DNA of 64,000 bases from Ignavibacteriota bacterium (GTDB lineage: Bacteria; Bacteroidota; Ignavibacteria; UBA10030), in the NCBI GenBank assembly GCA_003142475.1, contig PLMK01000042.1, positions 131,586-195,585 of the forward strand, read 5' to 3'. Shown here one piece after another: positions 31,063 to 39,796 of this stretch (positions are counted from its first letter, which is position 1; every line of letters begins with the position of its first letter). The notes beneath the pieces were generated by a model. That model did no database searches, was not told the origin of the DNA, and saw only the letters and a program-made list of their open reading frames with translations. A program made the translations under genes and the position numbers.

Positions 31063-31520
31063 CAAAAATCGATTGGCTGAAATATTATGCATATAAACCT
31101 CAACCGCATCACGAATACTTAGAACTCTTGTTGCATGAGAAGCCGACTCCTGTACTCGTTTGTTTCGACAACACGAATATCATATTAACAAATCCAATTA
31201 ACTTGAATGATGTAAGTCACAGATACTGTGCACTGCGTAACCCTTATAAAAGATTACAGCTGATTTGGTCACTTCTCTCCTTCCCAACACGATATCAAAT
31301 TTTATCGGATATCCTCCCATCAAACAAGTTTATCCGACTATTGACACTAGTCAGAATGCGAAGCGGGCTGGCAGCCAGGCGGAATGGGAACGGAGTAATG
31401 TGTGGAGCACTTCTAAATTCCAATTCTATCTGCATGTAATATGGTTTTGCGCAACATCAGCAAGTTATTCATAAGACTCATTACTTCTGCATTTCACAAT
31501 TTTCATCACAGGAGAATGCT

Positions 31521-32321
31521 ATGGCACAACGCAAATCTGTAACACATACAAAATCCAAAGCAGTGCAGAATCATCGTTATGGCTGGGTTCCGGATGTGCC
31601 GGACCAGCGGGATTTTCTTTACGGCACAGTGCGTCCTACTTTTCTGGCGCTTCCATCTCAAATCGATTTGCGCCCATCGTGTTCGCCGGTAGAAAACCAG
31701 GGCAATCTTGGAAGTTGTACGGGCAATGCACTTGCCGGCGCAATCGAGTTCCTAGAACGAAAGGATCGTGTTTCATTTACGGATGCGAGTAGATTGTTCA
31801 TCTATTATAATGAACGGGCTTTGGAAGGTACTATCAAGTCGGATGCAGGGGCAATGATTCGCGATGGAATTAAAACGCTGAAGAAACAGGGAGTGTGTTC
31901 GGAAACGCACTGGCCTTACATCATTTCAAAATTTACAATTAAACCGAGCCCGAAGTGTTACAAAGAAGCGATGAAGCGCCAAATCACATCGTACCATCGC
32001 ATTCTTACGCTCGACGACATGCGGGCTTGCCTTGCAGACGGGTTTCCGTTTGTGTTCGGATTCACGGTATATGAAAGTTTCGAATCGCAGGAAGTTGCCA
32101 GCACAGGCTTTGTGCAAATGCCTCAGTTTAACGAACGCGTACTCGGCGGCCATGCCGTGCTTGCCGTAGGATATGATGATGCTCAAAGACGATTTATCGT
32201 CCGGAACTCGTGGGGTACCGACTGGGGACAGAAAGGATATTTCACAATGCCGTACGAATATCTTGCAAACCGCAATCTTGCCGATGATCTCTGGACAATA
32301 CGAAGAGGAGAAAAGATGTAG
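31521..32321 (+). CDS. Papain-family (C1A) cysteine peptidase, xylellain-like
   Basis: QGNLGSCTGNA, GGHAVLAVGY and VRNSWG catalytic motifs. Confidence 0.93.
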   Translation: MAQRKSVTHTKSKAVQNHRYGWVPDVPDQRDFLYGTVRPTFLALPSQIDLRPSCSPVENQGNLGSCTGNALAGAIEFLERKDRVSFTDASRLFIYYNERALEGTIKSDAGAMIRDGIKTLKKQGVCSETHWPYIISKFTIKPSPKCYKEAMKRQITSYHRILTLDDMRACLADGFPFVFGFTVYESFESQEVASTGFVQMPQFNERVLGGHAVLAVGYDDAQRRFIVRNSWGTDWGQKGYFTMPYEYLANRNLADDLWTIRRGEKM

Positions 32322-32459
32322 CAATGGCTTTGTAATTCCTTGGCATCAAGAACCCAACTCCGATAGATTTGTAATCTGAGATGTCTAGTGCGTATGCTGT
32401 TACGCCCTGTTTGAATAATCTGCTCTCTCCTTTAAAAGTTTGTATATCTCAAGTCACTT

Positions 32460-32488
32460 TTGTAGATTAGAACCAGTTCTACTATGAT
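32460..32488 (+). promoter_or_regulatory. Putative promoter driving cassette array 1 (Pc-like)
   Basis: TTGTAG-N17-TATGAT about 100 bp upstream of the first cassette boundary. Confidence 0.4.
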
Positions 32489-32608
32489 ATGTACACGGGG
32501 AGTAGCGTGTGCATATTTACCGACGTAAAAGTTTTCCAAACATACAATGATATTAATGGGCTGAAAAGTGGAGTCTATCTAATCAGTAGTTAGGCGGCAT
32601 TGAATCAT

Positions 32609-32917
32609 ATGAATACTATCTCCCATATCAACAATTGTCATAAATGTAACGAGACAAAATCTATTCGTTCGAGTGTATTTCGACAGAACGTAAGCTATTT
32701 ATTTCGGCGGCAAGAAAAGGAGTTTCGAGGATCATTCTGTTTCCGTTGCACCTCAATTCTTTTCTTTAAGTGTACTCTTATTACTCTCATTGGAACTTGG
32801 TGGGGTGTTATTGGTGCACTTATCGGACCCGTTTACATTATTCAGAACATTTATTTCTATTTAAAAAGTGTTTTAAGTTTTCTCTTTAGCAATGAAGAAA
32901 CAACTAATGCCGCCTAA
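32609..32917 (+). CDS. Cassette ORF: CxxC/CxxC membrane protein
   Basis: CHKC and CFRC, TM region with GTWWG; stop TAA inside GCCTAAC; track start 32600. Confidence 0.75.
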   Translation: MNTISHINNCHKCNETKSIRSSVFRQNVSYLFRRQEKEFRGSFCFRCTSILFFKCTLITLIGTWWGVIGALIGPVYIIQNIYFYLKSVLSFLFSNEETTNAA

Positions 32918-33071
32918 CCAGGCGCTCAAGCAGACGGAATGAGCTCACTACAAAATTCATGGCGATCAGAGGTTTAGTACAATTTGAAAGTTATCAGCGC
33001 CGCAGTCCCGCTGTAAGGGATCCTCGATTCGACTCTTAGTCGAATCGGGACTTAGCCGCCATCCGGTAGGT
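32912..33071 (+). repeat. attC site
   Basis: R'' GCCTAAC, L'' gcgctcaag, L' cttagc, R' GGTAGGT (degenerate). Confidence 0.8.
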
Positions 33072-33112
33072 TTTATTCATATATTTTAAATAGGGCTATC
33101 AAGGAATCCAAA

Positions 33113-33601
33113 ATGCAATTCGTTTGTATCAATTCAGACCATGATTTATCAAGCGTAGTCAAGGTTCTCAACGAAGCGCATGGGACGATTGCAAAGGAAT
33201 TTGGATTTACAAAAGAAAATAATCCAACAAACAGTGCTTTTATTGATGAGCATGCTTTACGGGCACAATTAAATAAAGGTATAGAATTATATCAATTAAC
33301 AGTAAATGATAAAGTTATCGGTTGCATAGCAATTGAAAAATCGGCAAAAGAAATTGACACTTATTATATTGAGAAGGTTTCTATAATTCCAGAGTATAGA
33401 CATCAAGGATATGGAATTAAAATAATGGAATATGCTGCCGAAAAGATCAAGGCACAAAACGGTAAATGGATTTCAATAGCTTTAATTGATTCAAATACCA
33501 GACTTAAAAATTGGTATTCAAAGCAAGGATTTAAAGAAACAGGAACAAGGGATTTTCCTCATTTGCCATTTAGAGTTTGCTTTATGAAAAAAGAAGTATA
33601 A
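33113..33601 (+). CDS. Cassette ORF: GNAT acetyltransferase
   Basis: IIPEYRHQGYG and WYSKQGF motifs. Confidence 0.88.
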   Translation: MQFVCINSDHDLSSVVKVLNEAHGTIAKEFGFTKENNPTNSAFIDEHALRAQLNKGIELYQLTVNDKVIGCIAIEKSAKEIDTYYIEKVSIIPEYRHQGYGIKIMEYAAEKIKAQNGKWISIALIDSNTRLKNWYSKQGFKETGTRDFPHLPFRVCFMKKEV

Positions 33602-33602
33602 A

Positions 33603-33770
33603 ACCTGACTAGGTGCTCAAGTCCCGCTGTCAATATAAATTCTTATATAGCGGGATGTCCAAGATGGCGCTGCAAGCGACAGCGCCTATGGCGCACACTC
33701 GGTTTGTCCAGAAGAAAGAATCACACGAAGAGTGATACAATATTTTTCAAGGAGTGCCATTTCGTTGGGC
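33603..33770 (+). repeat. Degenerate attC site
   Basis: R'' ACCTGAC, gtgctcaag, diverged copy of the shared interior, R' GTTGGGC. Confidence 0.65.
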
Positions 33771-33897
33771 AACCACATAGGAGAGCACAAGATGAAAAAG
33801 GTGATGTATTATTTCTTTTGGATTGGAATTTGATCCCTGGGAATAGATCTAAGAACACTTAGATTACTATATTTCTATACTCAAATAGGATAGCATT

Positions 33898-34602
33898 ATG
33901 AAAATAACAACATTCTATTGCATCATTTTGTGTTTGTATTCGTTTGCGCTGAAAGCACAGGATAGTACAAATAATACAAAGATCGATACATTGCTTTTAT
34001 ATCAAAAGAAAATGTTATCGCAGCAGGAAAAAATATATAACGAAATAGTTCGCTATAAAGAACCGCTCGAGAATAAAAAATTTGGTATTGAATTCAATCC
34101 CGCATATTTTTTAGTAAGCAGCTCACGTTCATATACGGTTTTAAGCGGAGGATTTTCACTTTTTGATGTGGATAGACATGCAGAAATTGCATTTCCGATA
34201 TTTTATCAAAATGGAACAGACGAAAACTCTGGAAATCATGAGTTAACACTTTGGAACCAGGATATAGTTTATAGGAAATTCTTGGGACAACACCAAGACG
34301 GATTTTATATTGAGGGGGGATTGCGTTATACGCATATCAGAGGAGAAGAAGGCGGTGATCTATCACTATTTGGGCTCAGCCTGTTTCCATCATCATCCGC
34401 ACCAATTATAACAACAGATAAAGTCGGAGCGATGTTCGGTATCGGATATAGATATTTTTCAACTTCAGGTATTTATTGGGGAATAAGTTTTGTATGGGGA
34501 TCATATTTTTCTGCTGATAAGCGTACAATACAAGGAATCATAGGTGATGATACGAAAACAATAATAGACTTTGAGATATTAAAATTTGGTTATGCATTCT
34601 AG
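33898..34602 (+). CDS. Hypothetical exported/outer-membrane beta-barrel protein
   Basis: Signal peptide, GIGYRY, C-terminal FGYAF. Confidence 0.7.
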   Translation: MKITTFYCIILCLYSFALKAQDSTNNTKIDTLLLYQKKMLSQQEKIYNEIVRYKEPLENKKFGIEFNPAYFLVSSSRSYTVLSGGFSLFDVDRHAEIAFPIFYQNGTDENSGNHELTLWNQDIVYRKFLGQHQDGFYIEGGLRYTHIRGEEGGDLSLFGLSLFPSSSAPIITTDKVGAMFGIGYRYFSTSGIYWGISFVWGSYFSADKRTIQGIIGDDTKTIIDFEILKFGYAF

Positions 34603-34664
34603 CTGCGTTAAACTGATCGTTCCCTAATGTGGCTGTGTTTTAAATCCATGAGAGAATTCTCTAT

Positions 34665-35195
34665 ATGCCAACAGAAGAAGAATTAAAATATCCAATCGGA
34701 AAATTTGTATTTAAACAACCAACACCTGAACTTCGAACAGAATATATTCGTCAGTTTAGAACCGCTCCACCTCTTTTATATGATGCTGTTAAAAATCTCA
34801 CTGAGGATCAACTCCTCAACACATATCGTCCTGGCGGTTGGACTCTTGCTCAGGTTGTGCATCATTTAGTTGAATCAGATGTCAATGCCTATCCTCGACT
34901 TAAGTATGCTCTTACGATAGATGTGCCGGATGTGATGGTGGCAGAACAAGGGTTGTGGGCAGAATTACCCGATGCAAAATCTCCATCAATTGATTTGTCG
35001 TTGGCTCTGTTCGGAGCAATCCGTAATCGTTGGGTAGAAGCATTTGAATCGCTTGACTCAAGTTCTTTCGATCGACAATGGCGGCATTCTCGATATGGCG
35101 TGTTGACGGTCGACACTTTGCTCCAGCAGTATGCATGGCATGCCCAGCATCATACCGCTCAAATAAGCAGCCTTCGAAGACGCATGGGTTGGTAG
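34665..35195 (+). CDS. YfiT/BstA-type DinB-superfamily metal-dependent thiol transferase
   Basis: LKYPIGKF, YRPGGWT..QVVHHL and YAWHAQHH motifs. Confidence 0.88.
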   Translation: MPTEEELKYPIGKFVFKQPTPELRTEYIRQFRTAPPLLYDAVKNLTEDQLLNTYRPGGWTLAQVVHHLVESDVNAYPRLKYALTIDVPDVMVAEQGLWAELPDAKSPSIDLSLALFGAIRNRWVEAFESLDSSSFDRQWRHSRYGVLTVDTLLQQYAWHAQHHTAQISSLRRRMGW

Positions 35196-35212
35196 TGGGG
35201 CACCTAAAAATT

Positions 35213-36136
35213 TTACACGGTGTTCATCAATCCAGCCATATTCTCATAAAATATTTTCTTGATGTCCCCCATCGGTACACGCATTTCCTGAAGCAACTTC
35301 ATCTGATTATCCACAATGTCGTAGCGGTAACCGCGTGGTAAAAAACCTGAATCTGATCCAAATAAAATTCTCTTTGCAGTATAGATTTCTAAGAATTTCT
35401 GAAACACGTGACGCATATCGGGCTTTGTGGGATGTTCGGTAATCCAGGAATTTGATCCAGCAGTGTCGACATAAACGTTCGGACATTGTTTTCCGATTTC
35501 CAAGGTTTCTTCAAACATTCCGGCCCCAAAATTTGGAATGATAAATTTGATTCCGGTAAATTTCTTTGCTACCGGTATCAAATCTTTGGGATTGGCAAAT
35601 TCATCATTAGTCACCGTAGGAATACCGGCGTACTCGCGGTTATGCATAATCAACTTGCCAAATTGCACAAAGATAATGCTGCTGCATTCCTGAATGAGAT
35701 TATAGAGAGGATAGAGCCATTCATCGTTGACATTAATTTGATAAAGTGAAGGATAGAGCAACACTCCCTTCAACTTATCTTCCTTTATCCGCTTTGTGGC
35801 ATTCTCCATCAACAAATTAGAATTAGGATCGATGGTGAACATTCCAGAGAAGCGAGTTGGAAACGCGTTCACTGCTTTGACTATCGATTCTTCATCTCCT
35901 GGAATACTGCCCAAGAGCATCAACCGTTCCAACTTCCATTTGTCGATAATATCAATCCAACGCTTGGCAAGCTGTACAGGATCTTCACCGGGGATTTCGA
36001 TGTGTCCTTTTGACGCAAGGTTCTTAAGCTCAGTGTTGATGTCTGCGCGATTAGGTTTTTGCTTCACTAAAAACTTGAAAAAAGTGTTTGAGTAGAAGTG
36101 AACGTGAGCATCAAATATTTTATAGAGACCAATCAA
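35213..36136 (-). CDS. Amidohydrolase family protein
   Basis: DAHVH, NVYVDT and ILFGSD motifs. Confidence 0.85.
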   Translation of the reverse strand: MIGLYKIFDAHVHFYSNTFFKFLVKQKPNRADINTELKNLASKGHIEIPGEDPVQLAKRWIDIIDKWKLERLMLLGSIPGDEESIVKAVNAFPTRFSGMFTIDPNSNLLMENATKRIKEDKLKGVLLYPSLYQINVNDEWLYPLYNLIQECSSIIFVQFGKLIMHNREYAGIPTVTNDEFANPKDLIPVAKKFTGIKFIIPNFGAGMFEETLEIGKQCPNVYVDTAGSNSWITEHPTKPDMRHVFQKFLEIYTAKRILFGSDSGFLPRGYRYDIVDNQMKLLQEMRVPMGDIKKIFYENMAGLMNTV

Positions 36137-36194
36137 ATTATGAGTTTAAAATGAAAAGGGTTTTTAATCGATATAGTTAATTATCAAACGTTTA

Positions 36195-36938
36195 TCATCT
36201 GGATAATGGTTCTTTCTTTGCAATATAAATAGAAGCGATACCAAAAGTCTGTGGAAAACAAGTTGCATTTGTAAATCCCGCTGAACGCAGCAAAGCACCA
36301 AACTCCTCGCCATCCGGAAACTCTGCTACTGTACTTGGAAGATATTCGTACGCCGAACGATTGTTTGAAACTATTCCTCCAAGCAGAGGAAGGAAGTATC
36401 GTGAATAAAAGCGAAACATTTGTTTTATCGGAAATCGTTTTGGTTGAGAAAATTCTAAAATTATGGTACAGCCACCTATCCGTAAAACACGGTGAAACTC
36501 TTTCAATCCAAGTTCAAGATCTGTAAAATTCCTTACGCCGAATGCAGCCATCACTACATCGAATGAACCGGACTCGAAACGTAGATGTTCGGCTTCGCCA
36601 GATTCGAGTGTGATAAGGTGAGTCAGCTTCCGAGTCTGAATTTTACGACGACCTATTTCCAACATCTTCGGTGAAATATCGATACCGATAATTTGTTCAG
36701 GATTCAACCTCACTGCTTCAATAGCCAAATCAGCAGTGCCTGTTGCGACATCAAGAATTTGTTTCGGTTGAAATGGCTGAAGCAGCTGAATTGCTCTTCG
36801 CCGCCAAATAATATCGATACCGGAACTCAGTGTGTGATTAAGAAAATCGTATCGATGCGCAATGGAATTAAAAAGCGAACGCACAAACGTTTGCTCATAA
36901 ACATTTCGCCTGGGCAATTGACAATTGGTCATTTTCAA
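36195..36938 (-). CDS. ubiE: Demethylmenaquinone methyltransferase UbiE/MenG
   Basis: IAHRYDFLN, LDVATGTAD, FGVRN and AYEYLP motifs. Confidence 0.93.
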   Translation of the reverse strand: MKMTNCQLPRRNVYEQTFVRSLFNSIAHRYDFLNHTLSSGIDIIWRRRAIQLLQPFQPKQILDVATGTADLAIEAVRLNPEQIIGIDISPKMLEIGRRKIQTRKLTHLITLESGEAEHLRFESGSFDVVMAAFGVRNFTDLELGLKEFHRVLRIGGCTIILEFSQPKRFPIKQMFRFYSRYFLPLLGGIVSNNRSAYEYLPSTVAEFPDGEEFGALLRSAGFTNATCFPQTFGIASIYIAKKEPLSR

Positions 36939-37156
36939 TTATTTAAACAAGCTATTAAACCAATGAATCAACCACATATTCCCCTATTTTATCATCGATA
37001 TTTCAAATCAACAATTTTTCGATTCAAACTTCCAATACTTAAAATATACATAAGAGAGCCAAGAATTCCAATGTTTAACCGCTCTAAGGAGCCAACGAAG
37101 TATCTTGAATCAAATGAAAGATTAACGTATTATTTTATCAACACACTGCCCAGCGG

Positions 37157-37984
37157 ATGCAAACTATGACACCAAATTACATTGATTCTCATGCACATCT
37201 TTTCTTTACCGATTACGCAAATGAACTTACAGCAGTATTATCCCGGGCAAAAGAAGCTGGAGTAAGCGTTATCATCGTTCCTGGAACGGATGTGAAGTCC
37301 AGCCGAGAGGCTATCCAGCTTGCTAATCAGCATGAAAATATTTTTGCATGCGTTGGTATCCATCCGCACGAGGCATTAAAAGCGGGTCACCAAGATTTGG
37401 CGGAGATTGAAAAGCTCTGCGAACATCCGAAAGTAGTTGCTATCGGGGAAATTGGTTTGGATTATCATTATGATTTCTCGCCGCGCGAATTACAGCAAAA
37501 ATATTTTGTTGAACAGATGGAAATTGCAGTACGAAAACACTTGCCGGTTGTTTTGCACATGCGCGAATCAACTGAAGATGTTTTTTCTATCGTAGAAAGG
37601 ACTGTAAATGTAAACCCAAATTGGAAAAAGAACAGTACAGAACCGATGCGCGGTGTATTCCATTGTTTTCCAGGAACAGCGGACCAAGCTGCCTATGTGC
37701 ATGAACTTGGTTTTTGCGTTTCATTTCCCGGTATTGTTACATTTAAGAAATCAAATAGTATCGAAGTTGTGAAGCAGATTGGAATTCAGAATATTTTACT
37801 CGAAACAGATTCTCCCTATATGACGCCAGTCCCTTTGCGTGGAAAAAGGAATGAGCCGGCAAACATAGTGTTGATCGGACGTAAGATTGCAGAAGCGCTT
37901 AACATTTCCGAAGAAGAAGTAGCGCGCATTACTACAGAGAATGCTATGCGTTTGTTTAGTCCACATCAGTTTAGAAAAGAATGA
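37157..37984 (+). CDS. tatD: TatD family DNase
   Basis: DSHAH, GIHPH, GEIGLDY, HCF and ETDSPY motifs. Confidence 0.95.
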   Translation: MQTMTPNYIDSHAHLFFTDYANELTAVLSRAKEAGVSVIIVPGTDVKSSREAIQLANQHENIFACVGIHPHEALKAGHQDLAEIEKLCEHPKVVAIGEIGLDYHYDFSPRELQQKYFVEQMEIAVRKHLPVVLHMRESTEDVFSIVERTVNVNPNWKKNSTEPMRGVFHCFPGTADQAAYVHELGFCVSFPGIVTFKKSNSIEVVKQIGIQNILLETDSPYMTPVPLRGKRNEPANIVLIGRKIAEALNISEEEVARITTENAMRLFSPHQFRKE

Positions 37985-38001
37985 AAAATGACAATGAACT
38001 A

Positions 38002-38913
38002 CTACTTTGTTTTCCATTCTTGATAAGTAGAACGATGTTCCTGATCGTAATTGGATAGTGTTTCATATACACTGCGATCAGGATAAGCTTGGAAGGCTTC
38101 AGCAATTTCTCTGTATTTTGCATCAAAAAATTGTTTCACAACTACACTGGAAGAGTTTTGACGCGTGCGAATATCATTAATTGACGCAATCGCTGTGAGC
38201 ATATTACCAAGTGCTTTTTGCTTTTCCGTAGTGAGCAAGTCGATGCCGTCAAAATGATAATTGTTGAAAGCGGTACGGAAGGCATTATACTTTACGCTGG
38301 AGAGTTCGTCTGTAATGCCAAACTTACTGTAGCCGGAAGAAGATTGCTGCCAATCTTTTGCTGCTGCTGAGTTGGCTGCCAATTGTACTGTGTTTAACGC
38401 TTTTTGAAAACAGGGAGACCCGGACATAGGGATGTACGTCTCCAGATCATATCCAATTATGAGATACGCATAGAAATCAAGAAATCCTGTTAATGGATCA
38501 AAAACCATTTCATCATGGTTCATCCGTTGATTAGGTGTGTAGGTGAAGTTCCAACTATTATCCATAATTCGAAGAACAAGTGTTGAGCGGTCAGATTTAT
38601 CATTGCCGATATAAATTGGACGCTGACTTAGTACGACAGCCTGTACCTGATAGCGGTTGTCGCTTGTTGCTGTTGTAAATGAAATATCCAAGCTGCATTG
38701 GATTTTTTCTCCGTCAAGATCTTCGCTTGAGAAGCGTGTATTGTTCATATAACGTTCAATATCTTGACTAAAGCTACGCAGATAACCAAGCTGAGCAGAT
38801 TGGATGGATTCCGTATGGATCGTGACAGAGCAATTGAGTTCTTGAGAAACAAGAAACGGAGTTCCAATTAATAGGAGAATGAAAAACAGGATTGCTACTT
38901 TTACTTTTTTCAT
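38002..38913 (-). CDS. DUF4835 family exported protein (T9SS PorD-like)
   Basis: Signal peptide, QELNCSV, FYAYLIIGYD and FFDAK motifs; start refined from 38994. Confidence 0.8.
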   Translation of the reverse strand: MKKVKVAILFFILLLIGTPFLVSQELNCSVTIHTESIQSAQLGYLRSFSQDIERYMNNTRFSSEDLDGEKIQCSLDISFTTATSDNRYQVQAVVLSQRPIYIGNDKSDRSTLVLRIMDNSWNFTYTPNQRMNHDEMVFDPLTGFLDFYAYLIIGYDLETYIPMSGSPCFQKALNTVQLAANSAAAKDWQQSSSGYSKFGITDELSSVKYNAFRTAFNNYHFDGIDLLTTEKQKALGNMLTAIASINDIRTRQNSSSVVVKQFFDAKYREIAEAFQAYPDRSVYETLSNYDQEHRSTYQEWKTK

Positions 38914-38927
38914 AGGAGGCTCATTCC

Positions 38928-39794
38928 ATGTTTGAACTAGGAAAATATACCCAAATTCTACTGCCTCAGCAAGTAAAAAGGTTAGGTTGCGCACTTATTG
39001 CTTGTTTGCTCATAAATCATCCGCACCTTTTTACAATGGAAAATAATGGGCTGGGCACGAAAGCCATTGGTATGGCAAATGCTTTCACTGCTGTATCGGA
39101 TAATTGCTGGGCAATCAATTACAATCCGGCAGGCCTTACCAGCGTAACTGCATTCCAATGTTCTGCGTTTATCGTTCCAGATCAATTCGGATTACAGGAA
39201 CTGCAAACAACGGCACTTGCTGCGGCGATGCCGCTTTCCTTTGCATCGATTGGAATTAAAGTAGAGAAATTCGGTTTCGATCTATATTCGGAAACAGAAT
39301 TTGGAATAGCGCTTGCTAAAAAGATTGACAGAAATATTTCAGCCGGATTATATTTCGGATATCAGCGGCTTGATATTGCTCGATACGGTACTGCCGGCAG
39401 CTTTTCCATCGATGGAGGATTAATTGCGCACATAATAGAAAGCGTAAATGTCGGTTTCAGTGTTCACAACATTACAGATGCAACTCTTGGAAGAACTGGT
39501 GAGAAGATGCCTCAAGTGTTTGACCTGGGGGCTTGTTGGCTACCGTTTCACGATTTTCATATTTCAATTGAAATGGAAAAAGATATTCGTTTCCCCGCGA
39601 GTATAAAAATGGGGATTGAGCAAATCGTGTTTTCCGTGATTGCGCTTCGTGCAGGAGTAGCAAATAATCCGGATAAGTATTCAGCAGGGATCGCTGTAAG
39701 ATATTTATTATTTGAGTTTGGATATGCTGGTTACAGTCATCCAGATCTCGGCTGGACTCATCAGATCGAACTTTCTCTCAAACTTGATAAATAA
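38928..39794 (+). CDS. PorV/PorQ-like outer-membrane protein
   Basis: GMANAFTA..NPAGL start and HPDLGWTH end; start codon uncertain. Confidence 0.7.
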   Translation: MFELGKYTQILLPQQVKRLGCALIACLLINHPHLFTMENNGLGTKAIGMANAFTAVSDNCWAINYNPAGLTSVTAFQCSAFIVPDQFGLQELQTTALAAAMPLSFASIGIKVEKFGFDLYSETEFGIALAKKIDRNISAGLYFGYQRLDIARYGTAGSFSIDGGLIAHIIESVNVGFSVHNITDATLGRTGEKMPQVFDLGACWLPFHDFHISIEMEKDIRFPASIKMGIEQIVFSVIALRAGVANNPDKYSAGIAVRYLLFEFGYAGYSHPDLGWTHQIELSLKLDK

Positions 39795-39796
39795 CT

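Larger units (their letters stand above)
32589..33833 (+). mobile_element. Integron gene-cassette array 1 without integrase (CALIN)
   Basis: GTTAGGC boundary at 32589, two attC sites, co-oriented small ORFs whose stops sit at the R'' box. Confidence 0.8.

Noticed and set aside
31128..31474. 103-aa and 69-aa ORFs
   Set aside because: No motifs, TTG starts, mutually overlapping; not supportable.
32496..32507. cggggagtagcg resembles a tRNA 5' end
   Set aside because: No D-arm, anticodon arm or T-arm follows.
33898..35195. Two further ORFs as additional cassettes of array 1
   Set aside because: Only an isolated GTTAAAC (34607); no R''/L boxes or end complementarity.
35191..35200. ggtagtgggg as a left IR pairing with 45468-45485
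   Set aside because: Only a 9-bp match, it includes a stop codon, and it would enclose core genes.
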